Below the pieces are notes generated by a model, which made no database searches, was not told where the DNA came from, and saw only the letters and a program-made list of their open reading frames with translations. The translations under genes and the position numbers were made by a program. Below are positions 10,947-22,288 of a DNA stretch of 64,000 nucleotides, one piece after another. The first letter of the stretch is position 1, and the number at the start of each line of letters is the position of its first letter. This DNA is from an uncultured Nitrososphaerales archaeon (GTDB taxonomy: Archaea > Thermoproteota > Nitrososphaeria > Nitrososphaerales > Nitrososphaeraceae), in NCBI GenBank assembly GCA_963713605.1, contig CAVQMO010000003.1, positions 414,841 through 478,840 on the forward strand. Reading direction: 5' to 3'.

Positions 10947-11996
10947 ATGAAAGCAGCCATTTTCAGAGAATATAACAAGGATCCTACGAAGAATGTCAAG
11001 ATCGAAGATACAGATATGCCCAAATTAGGTCAGAATGAGGTCATGATAAAAGTGGAAGCTGCGGCCTACAATTATAATGATCTTTGGGCAATTTGGGGGG
11101 ATCCCATTAAAGTACCTCTGCCTCATATTTCCGGTAGTGATTCGGCGGGTCATGTAGCCGAAGTTGGTGAAAACGTTACTAAAATCAAGGTTGGAGATCG
11201 TGTCGTTTCACATTCCAATATGAGCTGTAGGGTGTGTAATTTTTGTACCTCAGGCCGTGAATATGATTGTGCTGAAAGAACTATTTGGGGATTTCAGACT
11301 GGTCCTTTATGGGGCGGGTTTGCACAATACACCCGATTACCAGAAGTTAACGTTGCAAAGCTCCCTGATAACGTGTCATTCAATGACGCGGCAGCGATAT
11401 CCATGGTAGGAATGACGGCATGGCACATGCTAGTTGGAAGGGCCAAGATAACACCAGGTCAGACAGTGCTAATCATGGGCGGCACAAGTGGAGTGGGAAT
11501 GGCAGGAATTCAAATTGCAAAGTTGTATAACTGTGATGTCATTGCTACGGCAGGAAACAAAGAGAAGATGGACAAATGCCTCGAATTGGGTGCAGATCAT
11601 GTCGTCAACCATAGGGAGCCAGATTGGCACAAAAAAGTCAGAGAAATTACAAACAAACAGGGTGTTGATGTAGTGTTTGAACATATTGGGAAAGCTACTT
11701 TTGCACAGGAAGTATCTCTTCTCAAGATGGGCGGAACACTAGTGGCAACTGGAGCAACGACTGGATATGATTCTCAGCTAGACCTGCGGTATCTTTTCTT
11801 CAAAGGAACTAATTTATTGGGTTCAACACAAGGAACCAAAGCAGAGTTAGAAGAAGTAATACACTGGACAAATAAAGGCAAGATTAAACCATTAATCAGC
11901 ACAGTTTTACCATTTAGCGAAATGGTTCAGGGTCATGTCATGATGGCACAGGGCGAACAAATAGGAAAGATATTGACAACGCCACACAAGCTCTAG
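10947..11996 (+). CDS. Zinc-binding MDR-family dehydrogenase; probable acryloyl-CoA reductase of the thaumarchaeal 3HP/4HB cycle
   Basis: PHISGSD, CRVCNFC..G..C Zn site, TAWHML, GGTSGVG, GSTQG. The specific function is inferred from recalled similarity to the AOA family. Confidence 0.75.
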   Translation: MKAAIFREYNKDPTKNVKIEDTDMPKLGQNEVMIKVEAAAYNYNDLWAIWGDPIKVPLPHISGSDSAGHVAEVGENVTKIKVGDRVVSHSNMSCRVCNFCTSGREYDCAERTIWGFQTGPLWGGFAQYTRLPEVNVAKLPDNVSFNDAAAISMVGMTAWHMLVGRAKITPGQTVLIMGGTSGVGMAGIQIAKLYNCDVIATAGNKEKMDKCLELGADHVVNHREPDWHKKVREITNKQGVDVVFEHIGKATFAQEVSLLKMGGTLVATGATTGYDSQLDLRYLFFKGTNLLGSTQGTKAELEEVIHWTNKGKIKPLISTVLPFSEMVQGHVMMAQGEQIGKILTTPHKL

Positions 11997-12011
11997 ACTC
12001 ATCCGTAGTGA

Positions 12012-12875
12012 ATGTTCAGAACGCTATTGTTTATTCCAGGGAACAACAAGAGGTTTATCGAGAAAGCCAAGTCCCTGAACGCCGACATAATTTGCTTTGA
12101 TTTGGAAGATTCTGTGCCATTAAATGAAAAGCAGGCTGCTAGAGATTCTGTGTCAGAAACTCTGGACAAGAAAGTGGATTATGGCAACAGAAACGTGTAT
12201 GTTCGAATTAATTCGTACGAATCAGGTTTGGCGATCCATGACCTTGAGGCCATAGTAAGTGATGAAATAAACGGGGTTGTGGTTCCTAAGGTTAACAATG
12301 AAAATGAAGTTGACCTCTTGACCCGGCGGTTAATCGAATTGGAGCGTCAGAAAGGAATGAGCAAGAAAATAGGAATAATGGCGTCCATAGAATCTGCTCA
12401 GGGACTAGTAAATTCGTATTCGATTGCAACAGCTAATTTACGAGTGAAAATGTTGGTATTTGGAGTGTTCGACTTTCTTAATGACATGGGACTGGATTAT
12501 GTTCAAGATGGAATTGAATATTCTTTTGCGCGTGCAAAGATCCCAATCGATGCCAGGGCTGCCGGAATTGGCGCAATTGATGCGATCTGGCAAAAAATTG
12601 ATGATATAGAGGGATTGGTGCGTGATGCTGGAACAGCCAAGCGATTAGGATATCAGGGCAAGTGCGTAATTCATCCTAACCAATTGAAACCAGTAGCTAG
12701 CGTCTTTTTTCCAAGTAATAATGAAATTGAATGGGCTAGGAAGGTTGTGCAGGCCTTGGAAGAAACAATGGAAAAGGGCAAAGGTATTGGCGCAGTTACT
12801 GTGGACGGAAAGATGGTCGATGCCGCTCACTATCGTCAAGCTAAATCTGTATTGGATTCCTTGAATACCAAGTGA
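12012..12875 (+). CDS. CitE/HpcH-type CoA-ester lyase (citrate lyase beta-like)
   Basis: RTLLFIPGN, FDLEDSV, VRIN, PKV, IESA.G, G..GKCVIHPNQ, DGKMVD. Confidence 0.9.
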   Translation: MFRTLLFIPGNNKRFIEKAKSLNADIICFDLEDSVPLNEKQAARDSVSETLDKKVDYGNRNVYVRINSYESGLAIHDLEAIVSDEINGVVVPKVNNENEVDLLTRRLIELERQKGMSKKIGIMASIESAQGLVNSYSIATANLRVKMLVFGVFDFLNDMGLDYVQDGIEYSFARAKIPIDARAAGIGAIDAIWQKIDDIEGLVRDAGTAKRLGYQGKCVIHPNQLKPVASVFFPSNNEIEWARKVVQALEETMEKGKGIGAVTVDGKMVDAAHYRQAKSVLDSLNTK

Positions 12876-13025
12876 CATGTATTCACACCATTCTATTCAT
12901 CTAATCCGATCTGAACTGAACTGAACTGAGCTGATGCGGTCATCTTTTGGAATGCAGATTAGCAATGTTTCCTGATTAAAATAATTACGGAATTTGAGAT
13001 CGAGACACTTTGATATGGATACTTT

Positions 13026-13072
13026 AACACCACAACACCACAACACCACAACACCACAACACCACAACACCA
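13026..13072 (+). repeat. Tandem 8-mer repeat (AACACCAC) x about 5.9
   Basis: Read directly in the citE-thermosome intergenic region. A (CTGAA)n run also lies at about 12910-12933. Confidence 0.9.
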
Positions 13073-13297
13073 TAATCCTTATCACATTTGGCATATAGTG
13101 TGAAATTCATGAATAGCTGTCTCTTTCTAGAACCTTTTTAGAGTGATCATAATCCCTTGTCTGGTTGCTGACCCGCTTCCTATCTAGGCTAGATTCTAGT
13201 GACACTTCTCACAAGACACTACATGCTTGAACAGTTAGTAAATTTAATATATCCCAACCCATGCCTTTATTGAGTATATTTTAGGTGAATAGAGTAA

Positions 13298-14954
13298 ATG
13301 TCAATTCAACAAGGAACAGCTGGTGGAATGCCAGTCTTAATATTGAAAGAAGGCGCAAGTCAGACTAAGGGTCGTGACGCTCAGAAGAATAACATAACTG
13401 CGGCAAAGCTCATTGCGGAGGTAGTCCGCTCAAGTTTGGGTCCACGTGGGATGGACAAGATGCTCGTGGATTCACTTGGAGATGTGACTATCACAAATGA
13501 TGGAGCTACAATTCTTAAAGAAATCGATGTCCAGCATCCAGCCGCAAAGATGATGGTAGAAGTTGCAAAGTCGGTTGATAATGAGGTAGGAGATGGTACG
13601 ACATCTGCAGTCGTCCTTGCGGGAGCACTCATCGAGAAGGCAGAAGAGCTAATTGGAAAGGATGTTCATCCAACCATCATAGTTGACGGTTATAGAAGAA
13701 GTGCAATCAAGGCGATTGAAATACTCAACAGTATCGCGATAAAAGTCCACGGCAATGATAAAGATCAACTTACAAAAATCGCCAAGACTTCGATGCAAAC
13801 AAAATTAGTTTCCAAAGATTCAGATCAATTGGCAGAACTGGTCGTTACTGCTTCCCTTCAAATTGTTGACAAATCAACGGGTGGATATCGAGTAGACTTG
13901 GATGATGTCAAGGTTGAGAAAAAGGCGGGCGGTTCATTGAGAGATACTAAATTGATAAAGGGCATAGTGCTCGACAAAGAAGTTGTCCACGGGGGAATGC
14001 CAAAACGAATCGAGAAAGCAAAGATCGCTCTGATCAATTCGGCCCTTGAAATAGAGAAAACAGAGTTTGATGCAAAGATCAACATTAGCTCCCCTGATCA
14101 GATGAAGATGTTTCTTGAGGAGGAAAATAAGATGTTGAAAAACATGGTGGACAAAATTATTGCTGCAGGGTCCAACGTTGTCGTATGTCAAAAGGGTATT
14201 GATGATATTGCACAGCATTATCTGGCAAGGGCCAATGTCTTGGCGGTTCGAAGGGTTAAAGAAAGTGATATGACAAAGCTCGCAAAAGCAACAGGTGCGA
14301 GAATTATAAGTAACCTTGAAGACCTTTCGAGTAAGGATCTCGGGTCTGCAGATTTAGTGGAAGAGCGGAAAGTGGAAACAGACAAGTGGGTCTTTATAGA
14401 AGGATGCAAAAATCCAAAAGCAGTTACCATACTTATACGAGGAGGCTCCCAAAGAGTTGTAGATGAAGCTGAGAGATCGTTACATGATGCATTAAGTGTC
14501 ACAAAGGATGTTTTGGAGAAGCCAGCAATAGTTGCAGGAGGAGGAGCGCCAGAGGCGTACGTAGCTGGAAAATTGCGCGATTGGGTAGGCACCCTTTCTG
14601 GCAGAGAACAGCTTGCTGCTGAGAAATTTGCAGAATCATTGGAGGTCATCCCGCTTACTTTAGGTCAAAATGCCGGCATGGATCCAATTGATATTATGAC
14701 TGATTTGAGGGCTAGACAATCAAAGGGCTCAAAATGGACCGGAATTGATGTTAGAAACGCAAGAATTGCAGATATTTCCAAGATAGAGATTCGTCGAACC
14801 TCTAGCTGTAAAGGAACAAATAATCAAGTCAGCTACTGAAGCTGCGTCAATGATCTTACGTATAGATGATGTTATTGCAGCTAGCAAATCGGGTGGGGGT
14901 CCTCCTGGTGGAGGCATGCCTCCGGGTGGAATGGGCGGCATGGGCGAGATGTGA
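13298..14954 (+). CDS. ths: Thermosome (group II chaperonin) subunit, frameshift near 14790
   Basis: [24 protein letters not shown]. The shifted frame gives [30 protein letters not shown]...GGMGEM*. Confidence 0.97.
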
Positions 14955-15056
14955 TTACTCGCCCAGAACTTCGACCTCAACAAGAAGTCATCGTTTCTTT
15001 GAATTGTTTTTTATCTCTTAACTATGCTTTGTAGTGCATCAATTACAGAGGTTGAT

Positions 15057-15281
15057 CTACGGTATTTGCAGTTCTTTCTGGATTATATCTCTTATAGAGG
15101 AACCAGTTTCCTGCAACTCAAGTAATTTTCTTAAATAATTTTCCCAAGAAATTTCTCCCAATGCTCTCTTCCAGGATTCATACCCCGAAACTAATTTGTC
15201 AAATGATTTACAATGGTACTCGCAATACTTGCCAGAGGTCGCTCGAGAACAAATCAAACAAAATGCTGTGGGAGAAGCCAT
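15057..15281 (-). CDS. Hypothetical small protein with CxxC...CxxH motif
   Basis: CLICSR..SGKYCEYH..GYESWK.ALG..SWE.YL; clean ORF. Confidence 0.7.
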   Translation of the reverse strand: MASPTAFCLICSRATSGKYCEYHCKSFDKLVSGYESWKRALGEISWENYLRKLLELQETGSSIRDIIQKELQIP

Positions 15282-15353
15282 CTGCTAATTCTTATTGGGA
15301 CTCGTGGATTGATAAAAAACGGAAGTTGGATACTCGTGAGATTACGTTGTCAG

Positions 15354-15923
15354 TCATTCAATCACTTGGCCTAGTGTGAGTGGAACTCTTAATGGCTCGG
15401 ATATGGGAGATTCTTTTGTTGGATCGGTAACTGTAACTACCGCTGTAACATTCTTTAGTGCATTGTCATTGAAAGTGGTTGCAAGCTGAATTGTACCCGT
15501 CTCATTTGTAGTTATAGGTGAAGGAAAAGAGGATGTTCTGACTAGAGTTTCATTTGCGGCGTACACCTCCATAATAGCATTTATTGGTTTACCAATTACC
15601 TCAGGATTTGATACATTATAATCAACAAAGAGCTTTACTTGATTCCCAGGATCGACCGTCAAGGGTATGTAGTGTGCAGTCGCAAGTTTCAGGGAGACGC
15701 TGTTTGTATCAAGCCCTGTTGTTAGATTGGTAGACAATTCTGTAGTTTGCTGTTGAGCAGGTTGGTCAGGAGTGGATTGGTTTTGTTGTTGTTGAATTTC
15801 AATTTCAGGGAGATCGGTGCCAGGTAAGATTGTCACTTGTGCGTAGGTGGGGGGGGAAGAAACTAACAGTATAGTAATCAAGGAGAGCAAGACTGTCAAC
15901 AGTCTTGTTACGCTCGAGGACAT
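15354..15923 (-). CDS. Hypothetical secreted protein
   Basis: Signal peptide ending TYAQ, Q/T-rich linker, beta-rich C-terminal domain. Confidence 0.7.
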   Translation of the reverse strand: MSSSVTRLLTVLLSLITILLVSSPPTYAQVTILPGTDLPEIEIQQQQNQSTPDQPAQQQTTELSTNLTTGLDTNSVSLKLATAHYIPLTVDPGNQVKLFVDYNVSNPEVIGKPINAIMEVYAANETLVRTSSFPSPITTNETGTIQLATTFNDNALKNVTAVVTVTDPTKESPISEPLRVPLTLGQVIE

Positions 15924-15997
15924 GAATTAAATCTGATATCAATCAGATATATATTCTATATTCAACTTTTTTTGATGGATTTGTCATTGTTAAGAAA

Positions 15998-17434
15998 TCA
16001 TACGACTTCAACATCGTGAGGAAGACTTTCTATATACCCGGCTGAAGTGAGTTTTATAAACTTTGCATTCTTTTGCATTTCTACTATAGTCTTTGCGCCA
16101 CAGTAGCTAAGCCCAGAACGAAGACCCCCAACCAATTGCCTAATTATGTCGACCACGCTCCCTTTGTAACTTACCATTGCTTCTACGCCTTCTGGCACGT
16201 AGTCATTCAGATCGTCTGATTCGATTACCTGTGAACCCTCTTCACGGTACTTTCTACCCAAAGATGCATAAAAGGAAGCCATTCCTCTGTACATTTTGAA
16301 TTTCTTACCGTTCTTAACCAGGGTCTTGCCAGGACTTTCATCTGTGCCACCAAAGAGACTACCGACCATAACAGAAGATGCTCCCGCTGCAAGGGCCTTA
16401 GTTGCGTCACCAGATGTTCTTATTCCACCATCTGAGATAATTGGGATATCATAATCTTTTGTCACATCGGCACTGTCGACGACTGCAGTGACCTGAGGTA
16501 CTCCAGAGCCTGTAATGACTCGCGTAATGCATATTGATCCAGAACCAACTCCTACTTTTACCGCATCTACTCCAGCTCGGATAAGATCCTTCGATCCATT
16601 TCCAGTTGCAACATTTCCTGCTATGAGTTCACAGTTTGGAAATGCTCTCTTTATCATTTTTACCGCGTTTATTGCATTATCGCTATGCCCATGTGCAATA
16701 TCAACCACTATCACATCGGCCCCGGCCTCCAGCAATGTCTCAGTTCTCTCTAGAAAATCACCTTTAACGCCTACGGCCGCGCCCACAAGCAGTCTTCCTT
16801 TCTTATCCTTGGAAGCGTACGGATATTGTTCCATCTTGAGAATATCTTTACTTGTAATTAGACCTACTATATGATATTTCTTATCAACTACGGGTAGCTT
16901 TTCTATTCTATGTTTATGAAGAATTTCTTTAGCTTCCTCGATAGCGATTCCTTTTTGGGCCTTGATTACATCTTTACTCATTGAATCAGATACCTTTTTT
17001 GTTGGGTTACTTTCAAAGGTTATGTCTCGTCGGGTAATGATGCCCGTCAATTTGTGATCATTATCCTCAACAAGTAACCCAGATACTCCATAGTTAGTCA
17101 TCAACTTTCTTACATCAGTTACATTCATGTCCTGGCTAACTGTATACGGCTGCTCAATCATGACGGATTCGGATCTCTTAACCCTCAAGACTTCATCAAC
17201 TTGGTCTGCAATAGTCATGAATCTATGTATAATCCCTATTCCACCTTCGCGAGCTAGAGCGATAGCCATCCCAGATTCGGTGATCGTATCCATATTTGCG
17301 CTGATCAGGGGAATGTTAAGGAAAATATTTCGTGATAGCCTTGTCCTCAGATTAGTTTGACTACGAGAAATGATGTGTGATCTAGTTGGAACGATGAGAA
17401 CGTCATCAAACGTTAGTCCCTCTGTAATCTCCAA
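15998..17434 (-). CDS. guaB: IMP dehydrogenase with CBS pair
   Basis: [45 protein letters not shown]. Confidence 0.97.
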   Translation of the reverse strand: MEITEGLTFDDVLIVPTRSHIISRSQTNLRTRLSRNIFLNIPLISANMDTITESGMAIALAREGGIGIIHRFMTIADQVDEVLRVKRSESVMIEQPYTVSQDMNVTDVRKLMTNYGVSGLLVEDNDHKLTGIITRRDITFESNPTKKVSDSMSKDVIKAQKGIAIEEAKEILHKHRIEKLPVVDKKYHIVGLITSKDILKMEQYPYASKDKKGRLLVGAAVGVKGDFLERTETLLEAGADVIVVDIAHGHSDNAINAVKMIKRAFPNCELIAGNVATGNGSKDLIRAGVDAVKVGVGSGSICITRVITGSGVPQVTAVVDSADVTKDYDIPIISDGGIRTSGDATKALAAGASSVMVGSLFGGTDESPGKTLVKNGKKFKMYRGMASFYASLGRKYREEGSQVIESDDLNDYVPEGVEAMVSYKGSVVDIIRQLVGGLRSGLSYCGAKTIVEMQKNAKFIKLTSAGYIESLPHDVEVV

Positions 17435-17673
17435 ATAATACCTTAATTAGGTGTTCAGCAGAGGGATTATAAGTTTTGCCTTAAATTCATGCGATAATAA
17501 CGGGCTAGATGTGGTAGCAAAATTAGTCGAGTCGTTAGAGAACCTGTTTAGTTAATATAATGACCATGTAAGGCCAACTTTTCATGGGTCACTAGAACCA
17601 GACTAGGGATCCAAAATACCAACAGATTAAAATAATATTTCACCAAAAATTTGATGTTGCAGAGGCTTTATCT

Positions 17674-18354
17674 TTGAAGGGCACAAAATATAACATTGCA
17701 ATATTTGACACATTTAAGACTCGGAAGGACAAGTTCACTGGAGAAGCGAAAAGACAGAGAGGAATTATCGCTCATCTTGCCTCTGAACAAAGCCCGGAGT
17801 TGCGTACAAGAACCTCCATCGCACACGTGATCGCGAAAAAACATGGGATACTATGGCAGAACATTTATTCAGGAATTTTTCGAGACCTTGATGAGGTCCT
17901 CATTCCTTCAGGGGTAGTAAAGGAGGGTGGTAGGCTGCCCTTGAGGCGTGGACCAAGAGCCCTGCAATTGGAAGGAGTACCATTCTATGAATTAACGGAA
18001 GCAGGATTATTGGTGGCATCATCCATCGAGGAGCTTGGGAAAGAGTATAGAACCAAGTCTTTAGAAGCATTTATCGGCTCACTAAAGCCCGTGAACAACG
18101 AAGAAAAGATCCTCTATGATGGTATACTTCTCTTGATGAGCATCGCTCCTTTTTTCGTATCGAAAATAATCAATGAGTACATTCATTCCTATAGTATTGG
18201 TATAGTAGATAGCATTATACCTATGAATGTGAAAAACTTTAAATCAGTTATCTCTGACCACATTGGAGTCGAAAGGGAGCTGCTTGATGCGTTTGTAAAT
18301 TCAAACAAGGATCGGCAGACTCTCATTATGGATTTTATGAGGATTCTTACTTAA
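17674..18354 (+). CDS. Conserved hypothetical protein (thaumarchaeal, possibly wHTH-like)
   Basis: Long clean ORF; FTGEAKRQR, YSGIFRDLDEVL, LKRGP-like RRGPRALQ..GVPFYELT. Confidence 0.7.
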   Translation: MKGTKYNIAIFDTFKTRKDKFTGEAKRQRGIIAHLASEQSPELRTRTSIAHVIAKKHGILWQNIYSGIFRDLDEVLIPSGVVKEGGRLPLRRGPRALQLEGVPFYELTEAGLLVASSIEELGKEYRTKSLEAFIGSLKPVNNEEKILYDGILLLMSIAPFFVSKIINEYIHSYSIGIVDSIIPMNVKNFKSVISDHIGVERELLDAFVNSNKDRQTLIMDFMRILT

Positions 18355-18693
18355 TTGAGTGAATGTCTTGCATGTATTTAATCAGAAATGCACAATTTTC
18401 TGATCTTATATAAGTTTTAAGTGAATTAGCATTAGCATCAAGTACCTGAATCAGATAAGAAGGGCCCCTGATTAGGAGGGTTAAAGGCTTCTTACCGTAT
18501 GAATGTACTTCATGTTGGGTAATGCTTCTTAGAGATACTTAAGACAGATGTAGGGCTAACAAGAAATTCCGACAAATAAAAAAATCTTGTAAAGGCGTAA
18601 AAGAAGAATCGGAAACTCTGGATTTCAGAGATGAATCAATCTTTATAAAATAAAGCATATTAGTATCAATTGGATACTGGTCCTCTGTCCTTG

Positions 18694-21600
18694 GTGCATA
18701 TAAAAAAACTAGAAGTCTACGGTTTCAAGTCGTTTGGATTCAAGAACTCCGTCCTAACATTTGATAAAGGGCTTATAGCAGTTACTGGCCCAAATGGTTC
18801 TGGAAAGAGTAACATTCTTGATGCGATAATGTTTGCGCTCGGAGAGAATAGCCCAAGGGTACTTAGAGTAGATAGATTTCAATCACTTTTTCATGACAGT
18901 CAGAATACCCATCATAAGATGATCCACGTAAGCCTCACCTTTGACAATCACGATCGGGGTATTCCTATCGACTCGGACAATGTCACTTTGACAAGAGATA
19001 TGGAAGGCCAATCAGGAGAAAGCGAGTACTATCTTAATGGAAAAAAAGTTACGAAGGGGACCATAGTTGAGCTTTTGGAGATCGTAATTGCTACTTCGAA
19101 TAAGTTGAATATCGTACAACAGGGGATGATAACTAGAATTTCTGAACTCAATTCTGATGAACGGAGAAGAATTATTGAAGATATAATTGGTTTATCATAT
19201 TTTGATGAGAAGAAGACTGAGGCACTAAAGCAGCTTGATGAATCGGATCGACGTTTAGAAGTTGCTTTCGCACGAATCGATGAGGTTAGAAAGAGGATCG
19301 ATGAACTTGAAATTGAAAGAAATGAACAAATGAAATTTCTGAGTATAGAAAATGAAATTAAAAAGTATCGAGCCATTAGGATTTCAAACAACATTGTGTC
19401 AACTCGGTCAAAGACCGAATCGATAGAAAACCGATTAAAGAGTTCCACCTCTCATTCTTCGTCATTGGAAGAGGAAATTAGTCAATTGAATGCCCAAATC
19501 GAGGGTATCGAGCAAGAAAGGACGAAATATATGAAAGAGTTAGATATAACAAATAAAGATAAGGCATTAGTAGAACGTAGATTATCAAACATCGTCTATG
19601 AATCAGAAAGGAACCGAGCAGTTCTGAAAGAAGCAGACCAGCGAATCATAAATATTGAGAGAAGGTTGAAGTCAATTGAACTTGAGAAGGTATCTCTGGA
19701 AGACAAGCTGTCTGGTTCACAGTTGGAATTAGAAAAGGTTGAGCAAAGCATACAAATAAAGAGATCCGAGATGAGTGATCTTACGTCTAAACTAAATACG
19801 ACAAATGCAAAGATAGACAAGATAGCATCCTCAGAAGGTGTATATCATACAAAAAAGGTTAGCATTGATGGAAGATTAAATGTTTTACTCCGAATACAGA
19901 GTCTTTTCGAAACAGTTGTCGCAAGATTAGAGGAGAGAAGGGCACAGATACAAAGAGCTATTGACAGCACTAGTACGGAGGTCTTATGGCAAAGAAATCA
20001 AATTTCTAGGTTCAATATCCTAAACCATCTGCAAAATAAGGACCTCCAAATATATTTACAACACCTTCAATCTTGTAACAATTCTGCAGAGACGCTTTTA
20101 GATACAAAGAAACGTGTTGAGCAAGATCTCTCTATTTCGTCACGACTTGTGGTTACTGCACAACATGCTGTCTCGCATAAGTATGACGACATTACCCAGG
20201 TCATGAGGAATCCAAATACAGAGTACTTTGCTATTGCAAGTTTGTTGGAAGCCTCCAAGTCCCTAGGAATAGTAGGACTAGTTCAAGACTTAATAAAGTT
20301 TGAAAGAGTTTATGAGAGAGCTATTCTCGCTGCTGCATCGGATTGGATGAGGGCAATTGTAGTATCCGACATAAAATCTATGATTTCGCTTCTTAGATAT
20401 TCGATGAACAAAAAGTTACCCCGATTTAAGATAATTCCTCTCGACATATTGAACTATCACACCAGCAAATCTAAAACTGATAGGCTTTTCGAAACCGACT
20501 CTATTGGCATATTGGGAAGTTTAGACAGATTTGTGAGTTCAAGGTATTCGGAATTAGTGACGTTCCTATTCCATGATATAATACTTGTTCGTACATCATC
20601 GACTGGTTATGAGTTAGCAAGGAGAGGATTCAAATCTGTGTCCTTGTCTGGTGTATCATTCGAACCAAGTGGCGTACAAGTATCGATTGATTTCGGATCG
20701 AAAATATTTGACATGAGCAAGACCGCTCTAACTACAGAGGTTGTGAGAAAATTAGAGTCTTCTACAAGCCATCTCAATTCCTTTGTAGAAATGAAAAAAT
20801 CAGACCTCGAAGGACTCACAAACGATCTGGCGAAATTAGATCAATTGGAATTTAAAGCCGAAACAAACATTACAAGTTTACACCGAAGAATTTCTTCCGT
20901 AAAAGAGTCAATCTCTTCATTGAAAGAATTGTTAAGGACACGAATCGATGAAGCCATAGCACTTCGAGAAAAGTGGGAGAGTACTGATAATATCCAAATA
21001 GTGGTTGATGCGCGTGTATCTCAGTCCAAATCCCTAATGAGAAAATTAATAATGACGTCAGAAAGGATAGACAAGCTGCACGGGAGTGGAGAATTTGCAA
21101 TCTTGCAAAGTGAAAAAAACAATATCATGAGGACTATTGAGAAAACCGATTTAGAACTCAGAGAGAAGATTACTGAATCCACACCGATCAGATCAATAGT
21201 GCAAGTAATCCAACAAAAGCCCAAGGAACTTTATGAAGAAGAGAAACAACTTCTAAATGAATTGCAACAAACGCGTAACGAATCAGATGAAATGCGAAAG
21301 AATTTAGATATTGTGGATTCTGAAATCTTGACACTTAGACAGAAGGAACAGGACATTATTGATTCAACTGGGAAATCTTATGGGATAATTTCTGAGTACG
21401 AACAAAAAATAAAGATGATGCGGGACAATGAACGCAAGTTGTCAAGGGAATATTCTAGCATAGACCGCGATATTGCCATCGACAAAAGGGACATCGAACA
21501 GCTAGGTGCTAAATGCGAAGAGTTGACAGGTGAGCTTAAGTCATTAAATTATGAAGAAATGCCACAAGATCTAAATGTAGACATAATATTGGAGAATTTG

Positions 21601-22242
21601 AATGCTGAGTATGAATCTATAAGGAACAGGGTTAACCTACGTGCGAAGGACGCATATTCTGAAATAGTCGAAGGTTATCGAAGTATGTCCGAACGTAGAA
21701 ATGAACTTGAAATCGAGCGTAACTCGATTGTTGAATTCATAGAAGAGATAGCTAAAGAAAAAGGCCAAGTATTTGAGGATGCATTTTCCAAGGTGGACCA
21801 GAACATCAGACAGACATTTGCCGAAGTGACAAGCGGTGGATCAGCTTGGCTTGAAATTGAAAACCCCGCTGAAGAAACAAGTGGTATCATGCTAGTAGTA
21901 CAGTTTCCTGACAAACCTAGGCGCGAATCTACGTCGCTTTCCGGAGGAGAAAAAACTATGGCCGCAACAATATTTCTGTTAGCATTACAGTCACTAAAGC
22001 CCTCTCCCTTTTATCTCATGGATGAAGTTGATGCTCATCTAGATGCCCAGAATACGGAGAGATTACTAAGTGTTCTCCTAAGACGATCAATAGACAACCA
22101 GATTATAATGGTCACTCTGAAAGATTCTACCGTGGCCAGGGCAAATCTGGTTTATGGTGTCTATCCTAAAGATGGAATTTCTCACGTTGTAAGGTATAAT
22201 CATGGCAAAAATCTAAGCCCAACCTTACAGTCTAGTCCATGA
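18694..22242 (+). CDS. smc: Chromosome segregation protein SMC
   Basis: GFKSF, Walker A GPNGSGKSN, QQG Q-loop, long coiled coils with hinge, LSGGEK, LMDEVDAHLD. Confidence 0.95.
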   Translation: MHIKKLEVYGFKSFGFKNSVLTFDKGLIAVTGPNGSGKSNILDAIMFALGENSPRVLRVDRFQSLFHDSQNTHHKMIHVSLTFDNHDRGIPIDSDNVTLTRDMEGQSGESEYYLNGKKVTKGTIVELLEIVIATSNKLNIVQQGMITRISELNSDERRRIIEDIIGLSYFDEKKTEALKQLDESDRRLEVAFARIDEVRKRIDELEIERNEQMKFLSIENEIKKYRAIRISNNIVSTRSKTESIENRLKSSTSHSSSLEEEISQLNAQIEGIEQERTKYMKELDITNKDKALVERRLSNIVYESERNRAVLKEADQRIINIERRLKSIELEKVSLEDKLSGSQLELEKVEQSIQIKRSEMSDLTSKLNTTNAKIDKIASSEGVYHTKKVSIDGRLNVLLRIQSLFETVVARLEERRAQIQRAIDSTSTEVLWQRNQISRFNILNHLQNKDLQIYLQHLQSCNNSAETLLDTKKRVEQDLSISSRLVVTAQHAVSHKYDDITQVMRNPNTEYFAIASLLEASKSLGIVGLVQDLIKFERVYERAILAAASDWMRAIVVSDIKSMISLLRYSMNKKLPRFKIIPLDILNYHTSKSKTDRLFETDSIGILGSLDRFVSSRYSELVTFLFHDIILVRTSSTGYELARRGFKSVSLSGVSFEPSGVQVSIDFGSKIFDMSKTALTTEVVRKLESSTSHLNSFVEMKKSDLEGLTNDLAKLDQLEFKAETNITSLHRRISSVKESISSLKELLRTRIDEAIALREKWESTDNIQIVVDARVSQSKSLMRKLIMTSERIDKLHGSGEFAILQSEKNNIMRTIEKTDLELREKITESTPIRSIVQVIQQKPKELYEEEKQLLNELQQTRNESDEMRKNLDIVDSEILTLRQKEQDIIDSTGKSYGIISEYEQKIKMMRDNERKLSREYSSIDRDIAIDKRDIEQLGAKCEELTGELKSLNYEEMPQDLNVDIILENLNAEYESIRNRVNLRAKDAYSEIVEGYRSMSERRNELEIERNSIVEFIEEIAKEKGQVFEDAFSKVDQNIRQTFAEVTSGGSAWLEIENPAEETSGIMLVVQFPDKPRRESTSLSGGEKTMAATIFLLALQSLKPSPFYLMDEVDAHLDAQNTERLLSVLLRRSIDNQIIMVTLKDSTVARANLVYGVYPKDGISHVVRYNHGKNLSPTLQSSP

Positions 22243-22288
22243 CGCATAGTGGTAACTACGACGACAAGCGCCATGGTTCGTAGATGAA

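Noticed and set aside
13026..13072. Possible CRISPR array
   Set aside because: 8-bp perfect tandem with no unique spacers. No 24-40 bp repeat-spacer pattern was seen anywhere, including near the Cas4-like gene.
13381..14983. Long antisense ORFs over the thermosome gene (also over smc, guaB, hisH and the kinase)
   Set aside because: Shadow frames of well-supported genes, with no protein-like motifs.
18455..18495. Hairpin TAAGAAG...CTTCTTA upstream of smc as an ncRNA
   Set aside because: Only a short stem, with no recognisable RNA family features.
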